Shown: in pieces, positions 1 through 8,370 of the stretch | Layout of the letters: the number at the start of each line of letters is the position of its first letter | Position numbering within the stretch: position 1 is the first letter of the stretch | IMG/VR virus record: IMGVR_UViG_3300038675_000028 | Span: 1 to 36,801 of that record | Source of the DNA: a virus | Taxonomy: Duplodnaviria > Caudoviricetes | Strand: one strand, 5' to 3' | DNA length: 36,801 nucleotides | Made by a program: the position numbers and the translations under genes | The notes under the pieces: model-generated | What the model saw: the letters and a program-made list of their open reading frames with translations, nothing else | The model's database searches: none | What the model was told of the DNA's origin: nothing

Positions 1-3000
1 GACCTTGATATTAAGTTCATCATCACAACTGATACGCACTATCTCAAAAAGGAAGATAAGGCAGTTCACAAAGCCTATCTGAACGCGCAGAATGGTGACC
101 GTGAGGTTGATGATTTTTATGCGACGACCTATTTGATGGGTACAGAAGAACTGGAGGGGTATCTCGGTGACCTGACCAGAGAGGAACTCGACGAAGCCTA
201 CGCAAATATCCGACTTATTGGGGATATGTGTGAAAACTACTCCTTGATGAAGTCGTTGAAAATTCCTCAGTTGATGTGGAAAACACCGAGCGGGCGCTCG
301 ATTCCTGATGAAATGATGCAGGCTATCCCATACTTCCACAACTTTATTACTTCGGATTTTGAGGGTGATAAGTTATTGGTTGACGCGATTGTTGATGCAG
401 TTAGCGCCGACCCTCGCCTTCAGAATAAGGAGACTTATGAGGAAATAAATGCGTGTCTGGAAATGACTTGGGTGAGTTCTGAAGTCAATAAGACGCATTG
501 GAGTTCGTACTACCTCAATTTGCAAAGAATTATTGACGAGTGTTGGAACGCTGGTACACTCGTGGGCTGTGGACGTGGTTCTGGCGTTGGCTTCATCATT
601 TTGTACCTGCTTGGGATAACACAAATTAACCCTATGTGGGAGACGACTAAGACGTTTAGATGGAGATTTTTGAACCCGGCGCGTGTTTCCGTACTGGACG
701 TTGACGTTGATATAGAGGGTGGCCGGCGTAAGCAGGTTTTGAACCATCTGCGCGATGTATACGGCGAAGATAGAGTTGCGAACGTTGCAACTTTTGGTAC
801 AGAAAAGTCGAAGTCGGCAATTTTGACTGCTTGCCGCGGACTGGGCATTGATGTAGATGTTGCTCAGTATTTGGCTTCGATGATTGAAGCAGACCGTGGG
901 ATGTTGCGTACCTTGGACCAAACATTCTATGGTGATGAAGAAGCAGGTTTTGCACCAAATCAACAGTTCATTAGGAAAATGACAGAGAACTATCCCGAAG
1001 TTTGGGAAGTTGCAAAGAAAATTGAAGGGCTGATTTGTCGGCTTGGAGAACACGCTGGTGGTGTTATCTTTGTTGATGAACCTTTCACGAACTCGACAGC
1101 ATTGATGCGCGCGCCAAATGGTGACATCATGACACAGTTCGATTTGCATGATTGTGAAGATGTGTCGTTGATTAAGTACGATTTGCTGTCTGTTGAAGCC
1201 CTCGATAAAATGCACATTTGTCTTGACCTTTTAGTTGAGCAGGGATATATTGAAGCTGGCGCGAGCCTTAAAGAAACATATGAGAACACCATTGGTATCT
1301 ACAATTTGGAGCGGTCGGCGCCTGATATGTGGAAGATGGTTTGGGAGCATAAGATTCATTCGCTATTCCAGATGGAAAAGCAAAGCGGTATCCAAGGTAT
1401 CGCGCTTGTTCACCCGGAAAGTGTTGACGATTTGGCTACCTTGAACTCAGTTATTCGGCTGATGGCGCAAGAAAAGGGCGGAGAACAACCGCTTAACAAG
1501 TTCGCGCGATTTAAGAATGATATTAGTTTGTGGTATGATGAAATGCGTCGGTATGGACTTACACCGCATGAGCAGGAAATTTTGGAGCCGGTCGTGAAGA
1601 TTTCTTATGGGATGTGTGAATCCCAGGAAGGATTTATGCAACTGGTACAGATACCCGAATGTGGTGGATTCGACCTGAACTTTGCTGACCAACTTCGTAA
1701 AGCGATTGCGAAGAAGAACCCCGCGGCATATGACGAACTTCAAAAGCAGTACTTTGCGACTGTTAAAGAAAAAGGATTGAGCGAGAAGTTGTGTAACTAT
1801 GTATGGAATATACTGGTTGCAACAAGCCGTGGCTATGGATTTAATAAATCACATACGCTTGCCTACTCGCTCATCGCTCTCCAAGAAATGAACCTCGCTT
1901 ATCGCTACCCCACAATGATTTGGAACACAGCGTGTCTTATCTCCGACAGTGGCGGCGCGGAAGCCGCAGAAGTTGAAGAGGAAGAAGACGTTTATCAGGA
2001 AGAAGTCTGCTACGATGGTGGATTTGAGGATTTTGCTGTTGAAGAAGACGACAGCGAGGAAGACGAAGACGAGGACGAAGATGGCGCCGGCGCGAAGAAA
2101 AAGAAGAAAGTTCAGAAAAGCGCCGATTATGGACGTATTGCAAGCGCCATTGGGAAGATTAAGGCGACGGGCATAGTGGTCGCGCCGCCTGATATCAACA
2201 ACTCGACGTTTACGTTCTCTCCTGATGTAGAATCCAACACCATTCGTTATGGTATGAGTGGAATCACTCGTATTGGTGAAGAATTGGTGAGGACTATCAT
2301 GGCGAATCGTCCTTACACATCAATTAGTGACTTCTTAAAAAAGGTAAAAGTCACGAAGCCGCAGATGGTGAACTTAATTAAGTCTGGCGCATTTGATTCG
2401 TTTGGGCCAAGAGAAGAACAAATGCGACAGTACATCAACTTGGTGAGTGATACCAAAAAGCGGATTACGTTGCAGAACATGAAGATGTTAATTGATTTTG
2501 GGCTTGTGCCGGAAGAGTATGACCTTCAGCGCCGGGTCTATAACTTCAATAAGTACATCAAGAAGATGAAGCTGGATGCAACGTATTATGGTTTGGATAA
2601 CATTGCTTATGCGTTCTATGATAAGTGGTTTGACATTGATGAACTGATTCAGTGCGAGGATACAGAAAGCGGTTTCAAGGTTAAGCAATCTGTGTGGGAT
2701 AACCACTATCAGCATCATATGGATATCATTCGTCCATGGGTGCGCGCTAATGCAGATGAACTTCTGGTGCAGGTAAACGATAAACTGACTGCGGACTTAT
2801 GGTCTAAGTATTGTCTTGGTTCGTTGAGTAAGTGGGAAATGGACAGTGTGTCTTTCTACAGCCATGAGCACGAATTGGCGCGAGTTGACACCGAAGTCTA
2901 TGGGTTCTCCCAGTTCGAAGACTTACCCGAAGAACCGGAAATTGACCGTATCATCTCTATCAGAGGTAAACAAGTTCCATTGTTTAAGATTCGGAGGATT

Positions 3001-3324
3001 ATTGGGACTGTACTGGATAGGGATAAGTCGAAAAAGACAGTTACATTGTTAACTACCGGAGGCGTCGTAACAGTCAAGATTTATGGCGGCGCGTTCACCA
3101 TCTACGACAAACAAGTCAGTGAGCGCGGGGCTGATGGGAAAAAGCACGTCATTGAAAAGTCGATGTTCAGCCGCGGTAATAAGATTATTGTAACTGGCAT
3201 CCGGCGCGAAGATGGTTTCTTAGCAAAGAAGTACAAAGCAACACCGTTCCATCTGATTGAGCAGATTGTTGATGTGAATGAGGATGGATTGATTGTCACC
3301 AGGTCAAGGAGTGAGACTGAATGA
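1..3324 (+). CDS. dnaE: DNA polymerase III alpha subunit (family C, DnaE-type), 5'-partial
   Basis: Frame of the 133..3324 ORF is open back to base 1 (DLDIKFIITTDTHYL, PHP-domain TxDxHY motif). Motifs GCGRGSG, RFLNPAR, LDVDVD (catalytic Asp), HAGGV, KYDLL, YGFNKSH, PPDINNS, KSGAFD and a C-terminal OB fold. Confidence 0.96.
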   Translation, partial: DLDIKFIITTDTHYLKKEDKAVHKAYLNAQNGDREVDDFYATTYLMGTEELEGYLGDLTREELDEAYANIRLIGDMCENYSLMKSLKIPQLMWKTPSGRSIPDEMMQAIPYFHNFITSDFEGDKLLVDAIVDAVSADPRLQNKETYEEINACLEMTWVSSEVNKTHWSSYYLNLQRIIDECWNAGTLVGCGRGSGVGFIILYLLGITQINPMWETTKTFRWRFLNPARVSVLDVDVDIEGGRRKQVLNHLRDVYGEDRVANVATFGTEKSKSAILTACRGLGIDVDVAQYLASMIEADRGMLRTLDQTFYGDEEAGFAPNQQFIRKMTENYPEVWEVAKKIEGLICRLGEHAGGVIFVDEPFTNSTALMRAPNGDIMTQFDLHDCEDVSLIKYDLLSVEALDKMHICLDLLVEQGYIEAGASLKETYENTIGIYNLERSAPDMWKMVWEHKIHSLFQMEKQSGIQGIALVHPESVDDLATLNSVIRLMAQEKGGEQPLNKFARFKNDISLWYDEMRRYGLTPHEQEILEPVVKISYGMCESQEGFMQLVQIPECGGFDLNFADQLRKAIAKKNPAAYDELQKQYFATVKEKGLSEKLCNYVWNILVATSRGYGFNKSHTLAYSLIALQEMNLAYRYPTMIWNTACLISDSGGAEAAEVEEEEDVYQEEVCYDGGFEDFAVEEDDSEEDEDEDEDGAGAKKKKKVQKSADYGRIASAIGKIKATGIVVAPPDINNSTFTFSPDVESNTIRYGMSGITRIGEELVRTIMANRPYTSISDFLKKVKVTKPQMVNLIKSGAFDSFGPREEQMRQYINLVSDTKKRITLQNMKMLIDFGLVPEEYDLQRRVYNFNKYIKKMKLDATYYGLDNIAYAFYDKWFDIDELIQCEDTESGFKVKQSVWDNHYQHHMDIIRPWVRANADELLVQVNDKLTADLWSKYCLGSLSKWEMDSVSFYSHEHELARVDTEVYGFSQFEDLPEEPEIDRIISIRGKQVPLFKIRRIIGTVLDRDKSKKTVTLLTTGGVVTVKIYGGAFTIYDKQVSERGADGKKHVIEKSMFSRGNKIIVTGIRREDGFLAKKYKATPFHLIEQIVDVNEDGLIVTRSRSETE

Positions 3325-4427
3325 GTGTTGGGTTGTATGATATGGACATGGCAACCTACACTCTCGTCCCTCCTAACTTGGAGATAATGAAGTTATCTAC
3401 GTGGTATAAGCGCAAAGGAGAAGTGGTGGTGCTAACGCCCACTTTTTCTCCTGAGCGCAATTCCAAGTTCATTGTTCGGAAAGATTATGATGATGGGAAT
3501 TTCCCAAAAGGGATTATGGACGTGGAGTATGGCGGTCTTGCTTTTACGAGTAATAAGTATATGCCACTTCCAATAGAGATAGAGCAATGTCAACCAGACC
3601 CAACTATTTATCAACGTTTGGAAAGTAAATTTATGATGATGCCAAGACAAAAACAAAAAGTATATAAAGACATCTTCAATGCTGAACATCTACGCTTATC
3701 TCTTGACGAAAAAACAATCTGGCCTGATTACCGAAAACAGTTCAAATGCTTAGTCGGCGCCCGCAGCGTGATTTATCACGATTACAACCTTGGAAGTGTA
3801 GAAGGCGCTTTTAACGAAGTCAAACGGACACTGGAAATTGCGAAACGGACAACTATTCCTGTTCGTCTTGGCACGAAGTTTCCTATCCAGATAAGTTCTG
3901 GCGCTGACCTCATTAACTGGGCTTCTCTTCCAACCAATTCCGTTTTCTTCGGTATGCAATTCAATGGTATGATTGACAACGAATCACTCATGACTTATGC
4001 AAAAATGGATTGCGATCGTGTTGCCTATACCCAAATGAAATACAATGTGACCCGTGGATGGTCATCGGAGAACGAGTTTGTGATGTACGGCTTACCCCAA
4101 ATTTTAAGGCAGGTTATCTTTTCACGTACTTATCGCGCTTGTTTTTCACTTATATATGACGACGGTTTTTTCGTAGATAAAACTTGGGAAGATGTTATCA
4201 AGATGATTGATATGTATAGTCGGTCTGGACTGGATATCAGTATTGACCTTGGCAACGACACAGTTTTTAACTTCGCATCTGTGGTAGTGGAAAAGCCAAA
4301 GCTATACAAAACATTAACCGTTCAGCGTATGCGCGAGCTGTTTGCGTTTGTACGAGAAAGGCAGCCGGCGCTGTTTAAGGATTTCTACGAATGTTCGTAC
4401 AACTCTATGAAGGGGGTCTTAACATGA
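3321..4427 (+). CDS. Hypothetical protein resembling the N-terminus of phage B12-binding/radical-SAM proteins but lacking CxxxCxxC
   Basis: 368 aa; ATGA overlap with the dnaE stop. N-terminal pattern VGLYDMD..PNLEIMKLSTWYKRKG..YGG..LPIEIE..PDPTIY matches my recollection of that family. No cluster-binding Cys triad. Confidence 0.55.
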   Translation: MSVGLYDMDMATYTLVPPNLEIMKLSTWYKRKGEVVVLTPTFSPERNSKFIVRKDYDDGNFPKGIMDVEYGGLAFTSNKYMPLPIEIEQCQPDPTIYQRLESKFMMMPRQKQKVYKDIFNAEHLRLSLDEKTIWPDYRKQFKCLVGARSVIYHDYNLGSVEGAFNEVKRTLEIAKRTTIPVRLGTKFPIQISSGADLINWASLPTNSVFFGMQFNGMIDNESLMTYAKMDCDRVAYTQMKYNVTRGWSSENEFVMYGLPQILRQVIFSRTYRACFSLIYDDGFFVDKTWEDVIKMIDMYSRSGLDISIDLGNDTVFNFASVVVEKPKLYKTLTVQRMRELFAFVRERQPALFKDFYECSYNSMKGVLT

Positions 4428-4618
4428 CTGGCTTGGATATTAAAGCCAAGATTGACGAGAACAATCGAATCATCGAAAGTTTGCTTTGCCCGAATCAGTT
4501 CACACTGAATAACACCATCGCAAACCTGCTCCGCGAGAATGTCAAACTCCAGAAGCATTGTCCTCATAAGTTTGAGGATGGCTTCTGCATCTACTGCTAC
4601 GGGGAGGAAAAGAAGTGA
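4424..4618 (+). CDS. Small coiled-coil protein with C-terminal CxH..CxxC putative Zn finger
   Basis: ATG 4424 overlaps the upstream stop (ATGA), preceded by AGGGGG; 64 aa ending CPHKFEDGFCIYC. Confidence 0.7.
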   Translation: MTGLDIKAKIDENNRIIESLLCPNQFTLNNTIANLLRENVKLQKHCPHKFEDGFCIYCYGEEKK

Positions 4619-4815
4619 AAGTGATTTTGTACACCATTGGTTGCCCGGCTTGTAAGATGCTGGAATCTAAGCTGGACGCCAAGAATATCGCGTATGATAA
4701 GGTCAGTGATGAGGCCGTTTTGCGCGAGAAGGGTATCGACGTGCTTCCTAAACTGGAAGTTGATGGTCAGATGATGGGTCTGGCTGTTGCGAACTCCTGG
4801 ATTAACAACCAGTAA
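4615..4815 (+). CDS. Glutaredoxin/NrdH-like redoxin
   Basis: 66 aa, VILYT-x-GCPAC active-site motif, cis-Pro motif VLPKLEVDG; GGAGG RBS; GTGA overlap; directly upstream of nrdD. Confidence 0.9.
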   Translation: MKVILYTIGCPACKMLESKLDAKNIAYDKVSDEAVLREKGIDVLPKLEVDGQMMGLAVANSWINNQ

Positions 4816-4824
4816 GGAGGTAGT

Positions 4825-5499
4825 ATGGCAAATATCAATGTGCGGTTGGGGAAGAATTTCACAACTGCTTTCAATCGGATGAACGACACCTACGGTGAGG
4901 AATTTGCAAAGCTGAATGGTTTTGCTGACAGTCAGCTGAGTTATACCGACTTTATCGACAATTTTATTGACTCGGAGACGGTTGCAGATGCCTCTGTCGA
5001 CGGCAGCGCCAATGTCGGCAACAAGGATATGCGGACGCTGCTGAATGAGATGCCTAAGCCTCATCGTAAGCTACTGGCGTATAACAAGATTTACCACGAA
5101 CTCAATAAAAAATATGGGTTCAAAACTGCAAATGAGTGGGTGCGCGCCGAGTGGACAAAAGCACTCTATCTGCATGATGCGGATACTGCTTCATTCTTGC
5201 ACTACTGTTTTGCATATGATTTGAAGGACTTAGCCGAAAAAGGTTTGTTCTTCTTGGATAACTTCAATGCAGAGCCACCGCAGCATTTTTCCACTTTTGT
5301 GGACTTTGTTAAGGAGTTCATTTCCTTCACTTCCAATCGCTCTTCCGGCGCTTGCGGCCTGCCGAATTTGGTGCCATACCTGTACTATTTCTGGTACAAG
5401 GATTGTGAGAATGGGTACGCGACGAAGTCTCCAGATTACTACGCACGCCAGCAAATTCAGAGATTCATATACGCGGTGAATCAACCGTATGTCAGGGAT
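4825..5499 (+). CDS. nrdD: Anaerobic (class III) ribonucleotide reductase, exon 1
   Basis: AAGGAGG RBS; YLHD, YCFAYDL, PPQH, SSGACG, NQP motifs. 225 codons ending at the predicted 5' splice site (..GTCAGGGAT|). No N-terminal ATP cone. Confidence 0.92.
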
Positions 5500-6644
5500 A
5501 GACAAAATACTGTCCATTAAACACTTTTCCGGTTCATCACCGGGGTCATTTATATAATGGCTAACGAGGAAGCCTAAGTCCGAAAGGATATGGTAATCTC
5601 GTGGGAATCAAATCAATTAGGCTATCACTTGATAAGGAGGTGAGTAAATTGAAAAAGGATATTTATGTCATCAAAAATGACATGAATAATAAGGTTTATG
5701 TTGGGCAAGCCATAGATGCGAAAATCAGATTTCAAAGTCATTGTAAACCATCATCTGCTTCTTATTCATTGATTTCAAAAGCAATTCAAAAATATGGACG
5801 CGAACATTTCACTTATAAGATTGTTGAACGGCAGATTGAAAATTACAATGAACGAGAGAAATATTGGATTGAAAAATATAATTCAATCGCGCCCAATGGT
5901 TACAATTTGCTTCCTGGTGGAGAAGAACCTCCAATTATGAAAGGATTTAACCATCCTGAAAGTTGCCTTTCTGCTCAAGATGTAGAAGATTTAACTTTTG
6001 AACTTCAGCAAACAGATAAAACTTTTATTGAGTTAGCTAAAAAATATGGTTTTAAGTCAAATACTTCTATTTCTGAGTTTAATAAAGGTTTAACTTATGT
6101 GCGAAACATAGAATATCCAATCAGACCCAGTCCTCACAACGGCAAGTTATCTCAAACAGAAGTTGATGAAATTTACTTGCTCCTAAAATATACCTATCGC
6201 TCTTATGAAAGTATAGGTCAGCAATATGGAGTTGAAGCGCGAGCTATTTCTCGGATAAATCGGGGTATTTTTCATAAAAAAGATAACGAAATTTATCCAC
6301 TAAGAGAAGGAAAAATCGGCAGCGTTCCACCTAAGTTGACTTATGAGCAAGTTACTTCTATTATTAGCCAACTTCAATCAACTTCTAAAAGTCTACGAGA
6401 AATTGCCAGAGATTTTGACGTAGATTATAAAGATATTCTTGATATAAAAAATGGTACAACCAAGTTGTATAGACGACGTGGAATAGCCTATCCACTTCGG
6501 CCTAATAATTGATTTGAAGCCTGTATCGACTATCTCCGCGAAGGAGAGTACATCTACTATTGATACGTAGATGGAAAGAGTGTTTACTTCCTTTAAGAGG
6601 AAGTTAAAAAATAGTCAATGCTTAGTGAAAACTAAGATAACATG
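5500..6644 (+). mobile_element. Group I intron (IA2-like) in nrdD
   Basis: P1 GGAU|AG pairs with CUGUCC, giving a U.G wobble at the splice site. P10 AAUACU pairs with exon-2 GGUAUU. P3 ACACTTTTCC/GGAAAGAGTGT; P7 GACTAT(6528)/ATAGTC(6611); P7.1 and P7.2 hairpins; P8 ACTTCCT/AGGAAGT; P9 CTTAGT-GAAA-ACTAAG; terminal G6644. Removal restores in-frame NQPYVRD|GIQSAFTN. Confidence 0.93.
5649..6512 (+). CDS. Intron-encoded GIY-YIG homing endonuclease with three C-terminal HTH-like repeats
   Basis: TAAGGAGGTGA RBS then TTG 5649; DIYVIKN..VYVGQA, RFQSH, REKYWI, GYNL motifs; AT-rich; enclosed by the intron stem TCAAATCAATTA/TAATTGATTTGA. Confidence 0.92.
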   Translation: MKKDIYVIKNDMNNKVYVGQAIDAKIRFQSHCKPSSASYSLISKAIQKYGREHFTYKIVERQIENYNEREKYWIEKYNSIAPNGYNLLPGGEEPPIMKGFNHPESCLSAQDVEDLTFELQQTDKTFIELAKKYGFKSNTSISEFNKGLTYVRNIEYPIRPSPHNGKLSQTEVDEIYLLLKYTYRSYESIGQQYGVEARAISRINRGIFHKKDNEIYPLREGKIGSVPPKLTYEQVTSIISQLQSTSKSLREIARDFDVDYKDILDIKNGTTKLYRRRGIAYPLRPNN

Positions 6645-7889
6645 GGTATTCAATCCGCATTTACCAATGTGTCCGTCTTTGATGGCCCATATCTGGAAGC
6701 CCTGTTTGGCGGCGCCACCTTCCCTGATGGGACTTTTATGATTGACCATTTAGAGCAAATCAAAGAGTTCCAAAAGACTTTCATGGAAGTCGTGTCTGAG
6801 ATTCGTTCTCATAACATGATGACCTTCCCTGTGTTGACCATTTCTCTGCTTCGTAAGAATGGTAAGTTTGTTGACGAACCATTCGCACGCTGGGGAGTAG
6901 CGCATAATATGAAGTGGAATGATTCCAATTTGTTCATTGACGACAGTGTTACGTCTTTGTCGAATTGCTGCCGTTTGAAGTCCAACATTGACGACCTGGG
7001 TTATTTCAACAGTATCGGCGGGACAGCATTGAAAGTTGGCTCCGTTAAGGTTTCTACCGTGAATCTCGCGCGAATTGCTCTTGAGCATCAGACCGAGCAA
7101 GACTACCTTGTTGCGTTGCGCGACATCGTTGAACTCAACTGTAAAGTTCTTGATGTTGTACGTACCATTATGCAACGTAATGTTGAAAAAGGGCTGCTTC
7201 CTAACTTCTCTAAAGGTTTGGTTGACTTTGAGCATCTCTACAACACCGTTGGCATTATCGGTGTCTACGAAACAATGAAATCCTTCGGCTATGTGCGCGA
7301 GGACGAATTTGGTAACTCTTTCTACACCGAAGATGCTGACCGTTTCGGTAAGAAAATCTTTGAGGTCATCCATCGCACGAAAGACCAATTTGCGCTGGAT
7401 AAGAACTATAAGATTAACCTGGAACAAGTTCCTGGTGAAACCTGCGCGAATAAAATGATGCAGGCCGATAAACTGCTTTATCCTGAAAGCGTAGTTGATG
7501 ACCTGCCCCTGTATGGAAATCAGTTTATTCCGCTGGGAATTAAAACTACGCTCCAGGGGCGCGTGAGAATTGCTTCTCTGTTCGACTCCTATTGCAACGG
7601 CGGCAGTATTGCTCATATCAATATCGAAACTCCGTTCAAAAACTTTGAGCAGGCGTGGAAGATGACGGAGTATATTGCTGACCAGGGACTTACTTACTTC
7701 GCCTTTAACACCAAAATCCAGGCGTGTGAAAAGAACCATGCGTTCTTTGGGAAAGTATGTCCTGTGTGTGGGCGCCCGATTGCTACTGAATATACCAGGA
7801 TTGTTGGCTTTTATACACCAATTAAGACTTGGTCGAGAGAGCGCAAAGATGAATATGCTATGCGCGAATGGGAGAACGTAAATGAGTGA
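6645..7889 (+). CDS. nrdD: Anaerobic (class III) ribonucleotide reductase, exon 2 (spliced product ~639 aa)
   Basis: QSAFTN, TFPV, finger loop SNCCRL, NLAR, GIIGVYE, EQVPGE, NGGSI, metal site CEKNH..CPVC and glycyl-radical motif RIVGFY. Confidence 0.94.
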   Translation, partial: GIQSAFTNVSVFDGPYLEALFGGATFPDGTFMIDHLEQIKEFQKTFMEVVSEIRSHNMMTFPVLTISLLRKNGKFVDEPFARWGVAHNMKWNDSNLFIDDSVTSLSNCCRLKSNIDDLGYFNSIGGTALKVGSVKVSTVNLARIALEHQTEQDYLVALRDIVELNCKVLDVVRTIMQRNVEKGLLPNFSKGLVDFEHLYNTVGIIGVYETMKSFGYVREDEFGNSFYTEDADRFGKKIFEVIHRTKDQFALDKNYKINLEQVPGETCANKMMQADKLLYPESVVDDLPLYGNQFIPLGIKTTLQGRVRIASLFDSYCNGGSIAHINIETPFKNFEQAWKMTEYIADQGLTYFAFNTKIQACEKNHAFFGKVCPVCGRPIATEYTRIVGFYTPIKTWSRERKDEYAMREWENVNE

Positions 7890-8370
7890 ACCTATGAAAG
7901 TGCCATATGACGTTGTCAAGCGTATGCTTGACAGCGTCGCAGAGCACTATAAACATGAAAATTGGCGCCTGGATGATTGCTACCTGACTTTTGAGTATAT
8001 CATTGGTAGCTGTTTCCCATCTGCCTTGCACACTATCAAAGACACAATGCGCGACCTCCACACTCAGGGGTATATCCAGGGGAGAGCCGCGCGCCTGATG
8101 GAAGATGGCGGAGTTGTCTCTATCCAAGGGGTGTCTCAGCACATCAACACAATTCTGACTGGGTTGGCGCCGCTCCGCAAAGAAATTCAGGATGCAAGCC
8201 GTATCGTTGATGAAGCACCGAATCATGGCTGGTCCGCCGAGGAAATTTACCCCAATCTCAAAGCTGTTGACCAGAGTGAGTATCTGCTGAATGAGCTAAC
8301 GATTGCCTGTCAAAATGCACTCGGCGCCAATGCCATTGTTGTTCTTAAGGAGGACACAAATGAGACTTAA
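7882..8370 (+). CDS. Hypothetical protein between nrdD and nrdG
   Basis: 162-aa ORF, GGGAG RBS, overlaps both neighbours; no motif recognised. Confidence 0.75.
   Translation: MSEPMKVPYDVVKRMLDSVAEHYKHENWRLDDCYLTFEYIIGSCFPSALHTIKDTMRDLHTQGYIQGRAARLMEDGGVVSIQGVSQHINTILTGLAPLRKEIQDASRIVDEAPNHGWSAEEIYPNLKAVDQSEYLLNELTIACQNALGANAIVVLKEDTNET

Noticed and set aside
133-135. Called start of dnaE
   Set aside because: The frame is open to base 1 and includes the PHP motif, so the true start is outside the window.
1-3324. Possible intein in DnaE
   Set aside because: No C/S..HN splice motifs or LAGLIDADG blocks seen; the insertion present is a low-complexity acidic loop.
5601-5648. GTG start of the endonuclease ORF
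   Set aside because: Lies in intron core structure; the strong SD points to TTG 5649.
6642-6644. ATG start called for the second nrdD ORF
   Set aside because: These are the last three intron bases (G6644 is the terminal G); there is no RBS, and exon 2 begins at 6645.
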